Below are positions 12,201 through 24,200 of a stretch of 40,120 bases of DNA, piece after piece. A program made the position numbers and the translations under genes. The stretch's first letter is position 1. Each line of letters starts with the position of its first letter. The notes beneath the pieces are model-generated. The model saw only the letters and a list, made by a program, of their open reading frames with translations. It searched no databases and was not told the origin of the DNA. The stretch is from Nemertoderma westbladi (taxonomy: Eukaryota > Animalia > Xenacoelomorpha), in assembly GCA_032718475.1 (NCBI GenBank), contig JAUCBJ010003806.1, positions 1-40,120 of the forward strand, read 5' to 3'.

Positions 12201-12267
12201 ACAGGAGTTTCTGCCCCCCTCTCTTACAGAAGTTTCTGCCCCCCTCTCTTACAGAAGTTTCTGCTCC
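6207..12267. repeat. 25-bp tandem satellite, about 240 copies, consensus GAAGTTTCTGCTCCCCTCTCTTACA
   Basis: Directly visible. Variants include a 27-bp unit (+CT), GCCCCCC, TATAG, CATAAG and GATCCC. Divergence rises in the last ~250 bp. Confidence 0.99.
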
Positions 12268-14939
12268 AGCGACCTACAAACAGATGAGAATTAAATGCAA
12301 CCACTTCACTTAAGGGGGGGGAAACGTACAAGATGTTACTATACGCTATTTTTATATTAATTTAAAGTTCGTTGTTTAATTATAGAAAAACATGTAAAAA
12401 TTTTAATAGTTATAATTAAAAAATATTTTGATAATTCAGGTAAATGGTATGTTTCTGAAAAGTAACCAACTTAACAGTTCTATTTTAATTTTTAATGTAA
12501 AATAGTACTCTTGGGCGCTCAAATAGAGTGCGATATGATTAATGAATTGCAAAGGCCCTGATCACGACTCACAATGTGTCGCATTTAGAGTGGTTGAAAG
12601 TTTACGTTCATGGATTATATAACAGAATTTATCAACTTTAACAAATATTTGATTTACAATTAGGAAATAAATTTTAACTAGCCAATCGGTTGAGGTTTCG
12701 ATCCTGGTGGCCTGGAATGGCTTCCTGTATGTGGCATTCAAGTTAATCTGTAGTATCCGGAAATACACACGTAATCCATACAATACGTTGATAACATGCT
12801 TTGGTTGAGTTACATTACGTTAGGTACGCATTACCTTCTAATAAGTGGATTATATATATATTCCATATCATAAATGAAGGGGTTGTGGTTATTGCCCTGC
12901 AGAACAATACTTACTTCGGCTTAACCTGTTATTATGGAGAAATCAAATTTCGAAATATAATAACTCAACCCATGTGAAGAATACCACTTTTTAATTTAAA
13001 TATTTATATGAAGAATTTGTACTTCTTTTATAATTGTTCTCATTAATATTAGCATGTTACAGTGGCGAGCTTTTCTAACCAAAAACAATACGATAACCCA
13101 AGAACATACTAACATAGGAACAATTAACTGCAATCGCAACAACAACATGAACATGATAAATTTACATTTTTGATATCAACAATGTTTGATATTATACATT
13201 TATTATAGGAAGGGATCTAGGGGTCTTAACCTCGAATGATAAGTTTATTTTACCGAAAATAACTTATCTTTTATTGGCGCAATTGTAGGACTAATCCCAT
13301 TCCATGCGTACTTTTTTAACCGGGTATTGTACAAATTTAGGAATCGCGTAATTTTTATTGAAAATTACCTTTACCTTGAACTTACCTTTTTTTAGTACCG
13401 GCATCGGCGGCATGAATATAATGTATCTAATGGTAATAGTTTAAAAATGAATGAGTTATCTTGCTTACTTTCTTTCATTTTCCGAAAAATTAGTTTAAAA
13501 GAGACTCTTGAGAAATTTAATTTAATACAGTTATTTTCACTAATTTTAAATAATGTAAGGAAAAATATACAGATAAATAATATGTATTAGGAATATACAT
13601 ATATTTTACGTTGCCAACAACTGTAGAGGGGCGCGTCGAGGGACTTTCGCGGGGCGTAGCTCGAGGCTCAGATATGCGATACAAATTGAAAATTGAGCGA
13701 TTCTATATGAGCGATTGTAAAAATATTAAGCGTTATTTAAGAATTTAATCCACACCGCCAATAAATAAAAGAAGAGCCGACAGTTCCTCCACTCCCCTTC
13801 AACCCCTCTAAAAAATAGCTAATCTAACATTTCTATTAAAACTTACCTTTTGCCGATGTAGTAATGATACTGAAAATTTACCATGTCAATGCCTCAGCGA
13901 AATAATTTAGCTATTTATAAAGACTCACTCAGTAATTCCTTTTCGGTAGAGAGTTGAATTATATCTTGTTAATTATGTTTTATGTTTGGAAATTTCTTAA
14001 ACCAAATCACTAATTAAAAACTGTAATGGAATGGGATGTGGGGATATCATCTGTATAATTTTTAAGAAAAATTACAGTAAATTGATCTTATAGTAGAAAT
14101 AATTGAGGACACGGGATTATATTTGTAAAATTTCTCAACTTTAACATATTATTTGTGTACCAAATCGGGTTAGATTTCATCGAGAATTGAGCGAGATATT
14201 AACGTTCAACTAATCGGATCAACAGAACGACAGGTTGATTAATGGTACCCCTAGGTTAAAGCTCACATTACTTGGTGGCTAGCTCCACAATCAATACTTG
14301 AAAGGGCCCGGGCCATCCTGCAGAATAGCAGCCTAATTATAACATCCTTCTTGACGATTTGGACGTATAATTTTCAATAATTTTAATAATAATAATAATT
14401 TATAATAATTCGTTAATTATAATTATTTAATGATAAATTTCAATAATACTTATCAATAAATTTTAAAGAGGAGGGTGACACTATGTTTTTCTCATTTTCT
14501 TTAACGAATTTCAGATATTCTGCCCACGTGTGTCAGTTTTCCACCCGTCGGCATTCAAGCACTCGCTTCGCTTGTGTTAAAACTTGCACAATCGTGTAAA
14601 AAAAATTTTGTTAATTAATTTTCCCTTTAAAAAATTTCCCTTGTAGCGCGTATTTCTATCTTATAACATGTACAGATACTAATTCGTTTATTGTTTTGGT
14701 TAGATTCAGCCCTTCTGTAACTATAGATGTAAAATGGTTTTTACATTTCAAACATTGTTTTGGAATCCTGGCAACCTAAAAGCTTTCTAGTGATATAAAT
14801 AAATCACGATTAATGTGTGAAGACTAGCGGCGATACGAAGGTTGCAATTTAGCAAAAGACACTTTTTTAAAACGCTTATAATTATACCGGTAGTTAAGTA
14901 CAGTATAGTCAGTCATTAGTCAGTAGATACTTTTTATAT

Positions 14940-15066
14940 GCTTATTGAGAAAAACGGCTTTGATTTTTTCATTTACATATTACGTTTAATATCGTTCCAA
15001 ATAGAAGGGCCGAAGAAACTTATTGATTGTTGGGCTACATTTAATCTGTCACGAGGGAGATAAAAC
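14940..15066 (-). mobile_element. L2/CR1-group LINE ORF2 extreme C-terminal fragment
   Basis: Minus strand reads FYLPRDRLNVAQQSISFFGPSIWNDI, matching the R...SxxxxGPxIWN motif that ends L2/Crack/Daphne-type ORF2. Cut off by the adjacent MITE. Confidence 0.6.
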
Positions 15067-15603
15067 GGTGTAAGGACAATTCCGACCCGCGACCCGGACA
15101 ATTCCGACCCGGACAATTCCGACCCGCGACCCGGACAATTCCGACCTTGAAAATTGCGACCCGGACAATTCCGAGCCATTCAGAGATCGATTCCAACCCA
15201 AATAATTAAAAAAAAAATTTTAAATAATAATTTTATGTAACATTACATTGAATTATTATTCAACATAAAAGATTGATGTATCCATGGATATTCTTCGTTC
15301 GAGACACGTTTGCTATGTAATTTTATAGTTGTATAGTAGTTTTAGAATTGAGTGTATTCGTTACTAGTGTATTTTCGGCATTTTTTTTAATGAAGAAAAC
15401 TATTAATTAGTGTTCTAGAACACAGATTTTTGTTATTGATTACCGGCAATTTATATTAATTATTTTTTTTTATTTGGACCGGACAATTCCGACCCGGACA
15501 ATTCCGACCCGGACAATTCCGACCCGGACAATTCCGACCCATGCAAATTTCATGCGATCTCTGAGTGGGTCGGAATTGTCCGGGTCGCAATTGTCCTAAC
15601 TTA
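15067..15603. mobile_element. Non-autonomous DNA element (MITE-like) with 15-bp subterminal repeats GGACAATTCCGACCC
   Basis: Direct copies at 15074-15175 and 15481-15540; inverted copies GGGTCGGAATTGTCC / GGGTCGCAATTGTCC at 15567-15596; AT-rich interior. No clean TSD seen. Confidence 0.75.
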
Positions 15604-16106
15604 TTTTCAGTTGCAGTTATTTGCAATTGTTAATAGCAGATGATTTGTGAAAATGAAGACCGAGTTCGGATTTATTATTGTTTATTGTGCCATTATTTAT
15701 GTCGTAATGAACTAAACAGTCTGGTGTTTGAATAGCAAACCAAGAGGAAAAATATGAAGAGATTGATAAAACGGAGATGAAGAGGCTTGCCAAGGACTGA
15801 ATGTGATACACATATTTTATTTACGTGGTGTAAATAAACTTTATTTAGGTTAACGAATTTCTAAATTTTGACGAGTAAAAACATAGGTTCCTCCCCACAG
15901 TAGAAGTCCGTAGTTCAGATACGGATGAATTAGGCTAAACAAGTAAAGTTGTCGTAAAATATGTGGAAAGGTGTGGCTCCGTTTATAGAAAATGCGGGTA
16001 GTTTTTAAGAATGTATGTTTTTAAGAATGTATGTTTTTAAGAATGTAGTTAATGTACAATAATCTATAATCTATTGAATGGGAGAACATTTTAGGCTCGT
16101 TATGAC

Positions 16107-16812
16107 ATGCCTGTTCACCACCACGGTTGATCTTCCACAGTAAACCCTTCCACTCTCTGTTTCCTAAAATAATGCCTGTTCACCACCATGGGTGATCTTC
16201 CACAGTAAACCCTTCCACTCTCTGTTTCCTAAAACAATGCCTGTTCACCACCACGGTTGATCTTCCACAGTAAACCCTTCCACTCTCTGTTTCCTAAAAC
16301 AATGCCTGTTCACCACCACGGTTGATCTTCCACAGTAAACCCTTCCACTCTCTGTTTCCTAAAATAATGCCTGTTCACCACCATGGGTGATCTTCCACAG
16401 TAAACCCTTCCACTCTCTGTTTCCTAAAACAATGCCTGTTCACCACCACGGTTGATCTTCCACAGTAAACCCTTCCACTCTCTGTTTCCTAAAACAATGC
16501 CTGTTCACCACCACGGTTGATCTTCCACAGTAAACCCTTCCACTCTCTGTTTCCTAAAATAATGCCTGTTCACCACCATGGGTGATCTTCCACAGTAAAC
16601 CCTTCCACTCTCTGTTTCCTAAAAGAATGCCTGTTCACCATCTTTGGTATGATCTTCCACAGTAAACCCTTCCACTCTCTGTTTCCTAAAACAATGCCTG
16701 TTCACCACCATGGGTGATCTTCCACAGTAAACCCTTCCACTCTCTTTCCTAAAAGAATGCCTGTTCACCACCATGGGTGATCTTCCACAGTAAACCCTTC
16801 CACTCTGTTTCC
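16107..16812. repeat. 65-bp minisatellite, about 11 copies
   Basis: Unit ATGCCTGTTCACCACCACGGTTGATCTTCCACAGTAAACCCTTCCACTCTCTGTTTCCTAAAA(C/T)A, starting at 16107, 16172, 16237 and onward. Confidence 0.98.
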
Positions 16813-16962
16813 AATGTTGCCTTGGTTCCAATTTATCGACCACTGAAGGATGAAAGCCGGGGTTGGGCTAGGCTGCAGCATTTAAAGCACTGTGCCCAAA
16901 CAGAACCAGGGCTTCCTAATTGAAAGCCGAGGAATGTCACCACAAGACCAAGCTACTGCACT
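16812..16962 (-). mobile_element. tRNA-derived SINE head plus central domain
   Basis: Minus strand: A-box-like TGGTCTTGTGG (16950-16940), an anticodon-arm-like CTCGGCTTTCA, and a degenerate B-box GGTTCTGTTT (16907-16898) about 32 nt after the A box. Then GGCTTTCATCCTTCAGTGGTCGATAAATTGGAACC, resembling the conserved CATCCTT..GGTCGATAAA..GTACC central domain of metazoan SINEs. Confidence 0.6.
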
Positions 16963-18247
16963 GTTTGGTTACAAGATAATCTATTAATTGTTCACCCAGT
17001 AATTTTTAGTGGTTCCTACTGTTACTGTCTAAATTATTTAATTTACGCTTGAGAAAGACGGTGAGTGCTATTGAAAGCTTGAGAATTTACTACTGTTTGT
17101 GGGAGTTAGACCATCAATTTACTTTTATTTTATTTCATGGAGTTACTTACGCCTGGCGATGCGAGTGCTTAGTTTTGGTTGCATAAGACCATCTGACATA
17201 TTAACATTAGAAGATGAAGGTGAATATTGACATGATATGGGTTTTGGACTTTGTACAGCATTGTACTGTAGCGTACAGTACATACATAGGCCTACAGTCT
17301 CTATAAACTCCAAACTCCAATCACGGGAAACTATCATAGTGTTATAGCAGGTGTAGTACCTGTACATACTGGAGTACAGGAGTAGTAATAATAAACGATA
17401 CACAACACATAGGCTAGGCTACTTACTATATATTCTGTACAGTTTAGTAGGCCTAGGCCAATATATAAATAGTAAGTACTGTACAGTAACTAGGCTACAC
17501 ATTCTTCGACTTCTAAAATATTTTAACTACTACATTTTGGTTTATTAATTAATGACAATACTTATCCTAAAACAACCATATCACTGACAAACCTTCTATA
17601 TGGTTTTCGCGTAGCACGTTACACACACAGAAAACGTAAAAATCTTGTTTATATGAAGTTGAAGTTAATGATTATTGGTATTTTGGGTGAATAATTGATT
17701 GGTTTCATATTATTATAATTTTTGTTGGGAATAACTTAGCGTTTTACGTTTATTTGAGATCGAAATGGTGAACTCCAGGTTGACAGACAGGCGTCCTCCG
17801 ATAGCAACTCACACAATAGGTAAACCTGACATGATGTATGTCTGTAATTATTTGCGTCATTTTGACCCCGACCAACAGTAAATACAAATCATACTCAACC
17901 GTATTGCCTTACATCCCTGCAGGTATTTCTAGGTTCAGAGATTCAGTTCACCTATTTTGGGTAATAAAGGCCCAGGATATTATAGCTGCGGTTGTCATAA
18001 GAAAAATCACATGTTCAATAATGATGCTTTGAAATTTGATACTAATACAAAATTAGTCTTAAGTATAAATAAATTGGATAAATCAGAAAGAAACATTGAA
18101 GTATTCTTAAGAAAGGAAAAGCAAAAATACCAATTATAATTTAATAATTATAATTTTTATTTACATTTTAGAATTTCAATTATAATTTCAATTAAATTTG
18201 TGTCTTAGTTCATACCGAAATACATTAAATAGGCCTTCAGTGCTGTC

Positions 18248-21200
18248 GGCTTCTCAGCTGTAGACGTAGCCAATAGGCTTCTCAGCTGTAGACGTAGCCA
18301 ATAAGTTGTAGACGTAGCCAATAGGCTTCTCAGCTGTAGACGTAGCCAATAAGTTGTAGACGTAGCCAATAGGCTTCTCAGCTGTAGACGTAGCCAATAG
18401 GCTTCTCAGCTGTAGACGTAGCCAATAGGCTTCTCAGCTGTAGACGTAGCCAATAGGCTTCTCAGCTGTAGACGTAGCCAATAGGCTTCTCAGCTGTAGA
18501 CGTAGCCAATAGGCGTCTCAGCTGTAGACGTAGCCAATAGGCTTCTCAGCTGTAGACGTAGCCAATAGGCTTCTCAGCTGTAGACGTAGCCAATAGGCTT
18601 CTCAGCTGTAGACGTAGCCAATAGGCTTCTCAGCTGTAGACGTAGCCAATAGGCTTCTCAGCTGTAGACGTAGCCAATAGGCTTCTCAGCTGTAGACGTA
18701 GCCAATAGGCTTCTCAGCTGTAGACGTAGCCAATAGGCTTTTCAGCTGTAGACGTAGCCAATAGGCTTCTCAGCTGTAGACGTAGCCAATAGGCTTCTCA
18801 GCTGTAGACGTAGCCAATAGGCTTCTCAGCTGTAGACGTAGCCAATAGGCTTCTCAGTTGTAGACGTAGCCAATAGGCTTCTCAGTTGTAGACGTAGCCA
18901 ATAAGTTGTAGACGTAGCCAATAGGCTTCTCAGTTGTAGACGTAGCCAATAAATTGTAGACGTAGCCAATAGGCTTCTCAGCTGTAGACGTAGCCAATAA
19001 GTTGTAGACGTAGCCAATAGGCTTCTCAGCTGTAGACGTAGCCAATAGGCTTCTCAGCTGTAGACGTAGCCAATAGGCTTCTCAGTTGTAGACGTAGCCA
19101 ATAAGTTGTAGACGTAGCCAATAGGCTTCTCAGTTGTAGACGTAGCCAATAAGTTGTAGACGTAGCCAATAGGCTTCTCAGCTGTAGACGTAGCCAATAA
19201 GTTGTAGACGTAGCCAATAGGCTTCTCAGTTGTAGACGTAGCCAATAAGTTGTAGACGTAGCCAATAGGCTTCTCAGCTGTAGACGTAGCCAATAAGTTG
19301 TAGACGTAGCCAATAGGCTTCTCAGCTGTAGACGTAGCCAATACGTTGTAGACGTAGCCAATAGGCTTCTCAGCTGCAGACGTAGCCAATAAGTTGTAGA
19401 CGTAGCCAATAGGCTTCTCAGCTGTAGACGTAGCCAATAAGTTGTAGACGTAGCCAATAGGCTTCTCAGCTGTAGACGTAGCCAATAAGTTGTAGACGTA
19501 GCCAATAGGCTTCTCAGCTGTAGACGTAGCCAATAAGTTGTAGACGTAGCCAATAGGCTTCTCAGCTGTAGACGTAGCCAATAAGTTGTAGACGTAGCCA
19601 ATAGGCTTCTCAGCTGTAGACGTAGCCAATAAGTTGTAGACGTAGCCAATAGGCTTCTCAGCTGTAGACGTAGCCAATAAGTTGTAGAAGTAGCCAATAG
19701 GCTTCTCAGCTGTAGACGTAGCCAATACGTTGTAGACGTAGCCAATAGGCTTCTCAGCTGTAGACGTAGCCAATAGGCTTCTCAGCTGTAGACGTAGCCA
19801 ATAAGTTGTAGACGTAGCCAATAGGATTCTCAGCTGTAGACGTAGCCAATAGGCTTCTCAGTTGTAGACGTAGCCAATAAGTTGTAGACGTAGCCAATAG
19901 GCTTCTCAGCTGTAGACGTAGCCAATAAGTTGTAGACGTAGCCAATAGGCTTTCTCAGCTGTAGACGTAGCCAATAGGCTTCTCAGTTGTAGACGTAGCC
20001 AATAAGTTGTAGACGTAGCCAATAGGCTTCTCAGCTGTAGACGTAGCCAATAAGTTGTAGACGTAGCCAATAGGCTTCTCAGCTGTAGACGTAGCCAATA
20101 AGTTGTAGACGTAGCCAATAGGCTTCTCAGCTGTAGACGTAGCCAATAAGTTGTAGACGTAGCCAATAGGCTTCTCAGCTGTAGACGTAGCCAATAAGTT
20201 GTAGACGTAGCCAATAGGCTTCTCAGCTGTAGACGTAGCCAATAAGTTGTAGACGTAGCCAATAGGCTTCTCAGCTGTAGACGTAGCCAATAAGTTGTAG
20301 ACGTAGCCAATAGGCTTCTCAGCTGTAGACGTAGCCAATAAGTTGTAGACGTAGCCAATAGGCTTCTCAGCTGTAGACGTAGCCAATAAGTTGTAGACGT
20401 AGCCAATAGGCTTCTCAGCTGTAGATGTAGCCAATAGGCTTCTCAGTTGTAGACGTAGCCAATAAGTTGTAGACGTAGCCAATAGGCTTCTCAGCTGTAG
20501 ACGTAGCCAATAAGTTGTAGACGTAGCCAATAGGCTTTCTCAGCTGTAGACGTAGCCAATAGGCTTCTCAGTTGTAGACGTAGCCAATAAGTTGTAGACG
20601 TAGCCAATAGGCTTCTCAGCTGTAGACGTAGCCAATAAGTTGTAGACGTAGCCAATAGGCTTCTCAGCTGTAGACGTAGCCAATAAGTTGTAGACGTAGC
20701 CAATAGGCTTCTCAGCTGTAGACGTAGCCAATAAGTTGTAGACGTAGCCAATAGGCTTCTCAGCTGTAGACGTAGCCAATAAGTTGTAGACGTAGCCAAT
20801 AGGCTTCTCAGCTGTAGACGTAGCCAATAAGTTGTAGACGTAGCCAATAGGCTTCTCAGCTGTAGACGTAGCCAATAAGTTGTAGACGTAGCCAATAGGC
20901 TTCTCAGCTGTAGACGTAGCCAATAAGTTGTAGGCGTAGCCAATAGGCTTCTCAGCTGTAGACGTAGCCAATAAGTTGTAGACGTAGCCAATAGGCTTCT
21001 CAGCTGTAGACGTAGCCAATAGGCTTCTCAGTTGTAGACGTAGCCAATAAGTTGTAGACGTAGCCAATAGGCTTCTCAGCTGTAGACGTAGCCAATAAGT
21101 TGTAGACGTAGCCAATAGGCTTTCTCAGCTGTAGACGTAGCCAATAGGCTTCTCAGTTGTAGACGTAGCCAATAAGTTGTAGACGTAGCCAATAGGCTTC

Positions 21201-24200
21201 TCAGCTGTAGACGTAGCCAATAAGTTGTAGACGTAGCCAATAGGCTTCTCAGCTGTAGACGTAGCCAATAAGTTGTAGACGTAGCCAATAGGCTTCTCAG
21301 CTGTAGACGTAGCCAATAAGTTGTAGACGTAGCCAATAGGCTTCTCAGCTGTAGACGTAGCCAATAAGTTGTAGACGTAGCCAATAGGCTTCTCAGCTGT
21401 AGACGTAGCCAATAAGTTGTAGACGTAGCCAATAGGCTTCTCAGCTGTAGACGTAGCCAATAAGTTGTAGACGTAGCCAATAGGCTTCTCAGCTGTAGAC
21501 GTAGCCAATAAGTTGTAGACGTAGCCAATAGGCTTCTCAGCTGTAGACGTAGCCAATAAGTTGTAGACGTAGCCAATAGGCTTCTCAGCTGTAGACGTAG
21601 CCAATAAGTTGTAGACGTAGCCAATAGGCTTCTCAGCTGTAGACGTAGCCAATATGCTTCTCAGTTGTAGACGTAGCCAATAAGTTGTAGACGTAGCCAA
21701 TAGGCTTCTCAGCTGTAGACGTAGCCAATAAGTTGTAGACGTAGCCAATAGGCTTTCTCAGCTGTAGACGTAGCCAATAGGCTTCTCAGTTGTAGACGTA
21801 GCCAATAAGTTGTAGACGTAGCCAATAGGCTTCTCAGCTGTAGACGTAGCCAATAAGTTGTAGACGTAGCCAATAGGCTTCTCAGCTGTAGACGTAGCCA
21901 ATAAGTTGTAGACGTAGCCAATAGGCTTCTCAGCTGTAGACGTAGCCAATAAGTTGTAGACGTAGCCAATAGGCTTCTCAGCTGTAGACGTAGCCAATAA
22001 GTTGTAGACGTAGCCAATAGGCTTCTCAGCTGTAGACGTAGCCAATAAGTTGTAGACGTAGCCAATAGGCTTCTCAGCTGTAGACGTAGCCAATAAGTTG
22101 TAGACGTAGCCAATAGGCTTCTCAGCTGTAGACGTAGCCAATAAGTTGTAGACGTAGCCAATAGGCTTCTCAGCTGTAGACGTAGCCAATAAGTTGTAGA
22201 CGTAGCCAATAGGCTTCTCAGCTGTAGACGTAGCCAATAAGTTGTAGACGTAGCCAATAGGCTTCTCAGCTGTAGATGTAGCCAATAGGCTTCTCAGTTG
22301 TAGACGTAGCCAATAAGTTGTAGACGTAGCCAATAGGCTTCTCAGCTGTAGACGTAGCCAATAAGTTGTAGACGTAGCCAATACGCTTTCTCAGCTGTAG
22401 ACGTAGCCAATAGGCTTCTCAGTTGTAGACGTAGCCAATAAGTTGTAGACGTAGCCAATAGGCTTCTCAGCTGTAGACGTAGCCAATAAGTTGTAGACGT
22501 AGCCAATAGGCTTCTCAGCTGTAGACGTAGCCAATAAGTTGTAGACGTAGCCAATAGGCTTCTCAGCTGTAGACGTAGCCAATAAGCTGTAGACGTAGCC
22601 AATAAGTTGTAGGCGTAGCCAATAGGCTTCTCAGCTGTAGACGTAGCCAATAAGTTGTAGACGTAGCCAATAGGCTTCTCAGCTGTAGACGTAGCCAATA
22701 GGCTTCTCAGTTGTAGACGTAGCCAATAAGTTGTAGACGTAGCCAATAGGCTTCTCAGCTGTAGACGTAGCCAATAAGTTGTAGACGTAGCCAATAGGCT
22801 TTCTCAGCTGTAGACGTAGCCAATAGGCTTCTCAGTTGTAGACGTAGCCAATAAGTTGTAGACGTAGCCAATAGGCTTCTCAGCTGTAGACGTAGCCAAT
22901 AAGTTGTAGACGTAGCCAATAGGCTTCTCAGCTGTAGACGTAGCCAATAAGTTGTAGACGTAGCCAATAGGCTTCTCAGCTGTAGACGTAGCCAATAAGT
23001 TGTAGACGTAGCCAATAGGCTTCTCAGCTGTAGACGTAGCCAATAAGTTGTAGACGTAGCCAATAGGCTTCTCAGCTGTAGACGTAGCCAATAAGTTGTA
23101 GACGTAGCCAATAGGCTTCTCAGCTGTAGACGTAGCCAATAAGTTGTAGACGTAGCCAATAGGCTTCTCAGCTGTAGACGTAGCCAATAAGTTGTAGACG
23201 TAGCCAATAGGCTTCTCAGCTGTAGACGTAGCCAATAAGTTGTAGACGTAGCCAATAGGCTTCTCAGCTGTAGACGTAGCCAATAAGTTGTAGACGTAGC
23301 CAATAGGCTTCTCAGCTGTAGACGTAGCCAATATGCTTCTCAGTTGTAGACGTAGCCAATAAGTTGTAGACGTAGCCAATAGGCTTCTCAGCTGTAGACG
23401 TAGCCAATAAGTTGTAGACGTAGCCAATAGGCTTTCTCAGCTGTAGACGTAGCCAATAGGCTTCTCAGTTGTAGACGTAGCCAATAAGTTGTAGACGTAG
23501 CCAATAGGCTTCTCAGCTGTAGACGTAGCCAATAAGTTGTAGACGTAGCCAATAGGCTTCTCAGCTGTAGACGTAGCCAATAAGTTGTAGACGTAGCCAA
23601 TAGGCTTCTCAGCTGTAGACGTAGCCAATAAGTTGTAGACGTAGCCAATAGGCTTCTCAGCTGTAGACGTAGCCAATAAGTTGTAGACGTAGCCAATAGG
23701 CTTCTCAGCTGTAGACGTAGCCAATAAGTTGTAGACGTAGCCAATAGGCTTCTCAGCTGTAGACGTAGCCAATAAGTTGTAGACGTAGCCAATAGGCTTC
23801 TCAGCTGTAGACGTAGCCAATAAGTTGTAGACGTAGCCAATAGGCTTCTCAGCTGTAGACGTAGCCAATAAGTTGTAGACGTAGCCAATAGGCTTCTCAG
23901 CTGTAGACGTAGCCAATAAGTTGTAGACGTAGCCAATAGGCTTCTCAGCTGTAGATGTAGCCAATAGGCTTCTCAGTTGTAGACGTAGCCAATAAGTTGT
24001 AGACGTAGCCAATAGGCTTCTCAGCTGTAGACGTAGCCAATAAGTTGTAGACGTAGCCAATACGCTTTCTCAGCTGTAGACGTAGCCAATAGGCTTCTCA
24101 GTTGTAGACGTAGCCAATAAGTTGTAGACGTAGCCAATAGGCTTCTCAGCTGTAGACGTAGCCAATAAGTTGTAGACGTAGCCAATAGGCTTCTCAGCTG

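Noticed and set aside
15617-15811. Hydrophobic 64-aa minus-strand ORF, possible second GPCR fragment
   Set aside because: No diagnostic GPCR motif; too short to support.
16107-16812. CRISPR-like appearance of this and the other arrays
   Set aside because: No unique spacers (units are near-identical end to end), no cas genes, and a eukaryotic context.
16898-16960. tRNA gene
   Set aside because: The B box is degenerate and no acceptor stem forms; better explained as a SINE head.
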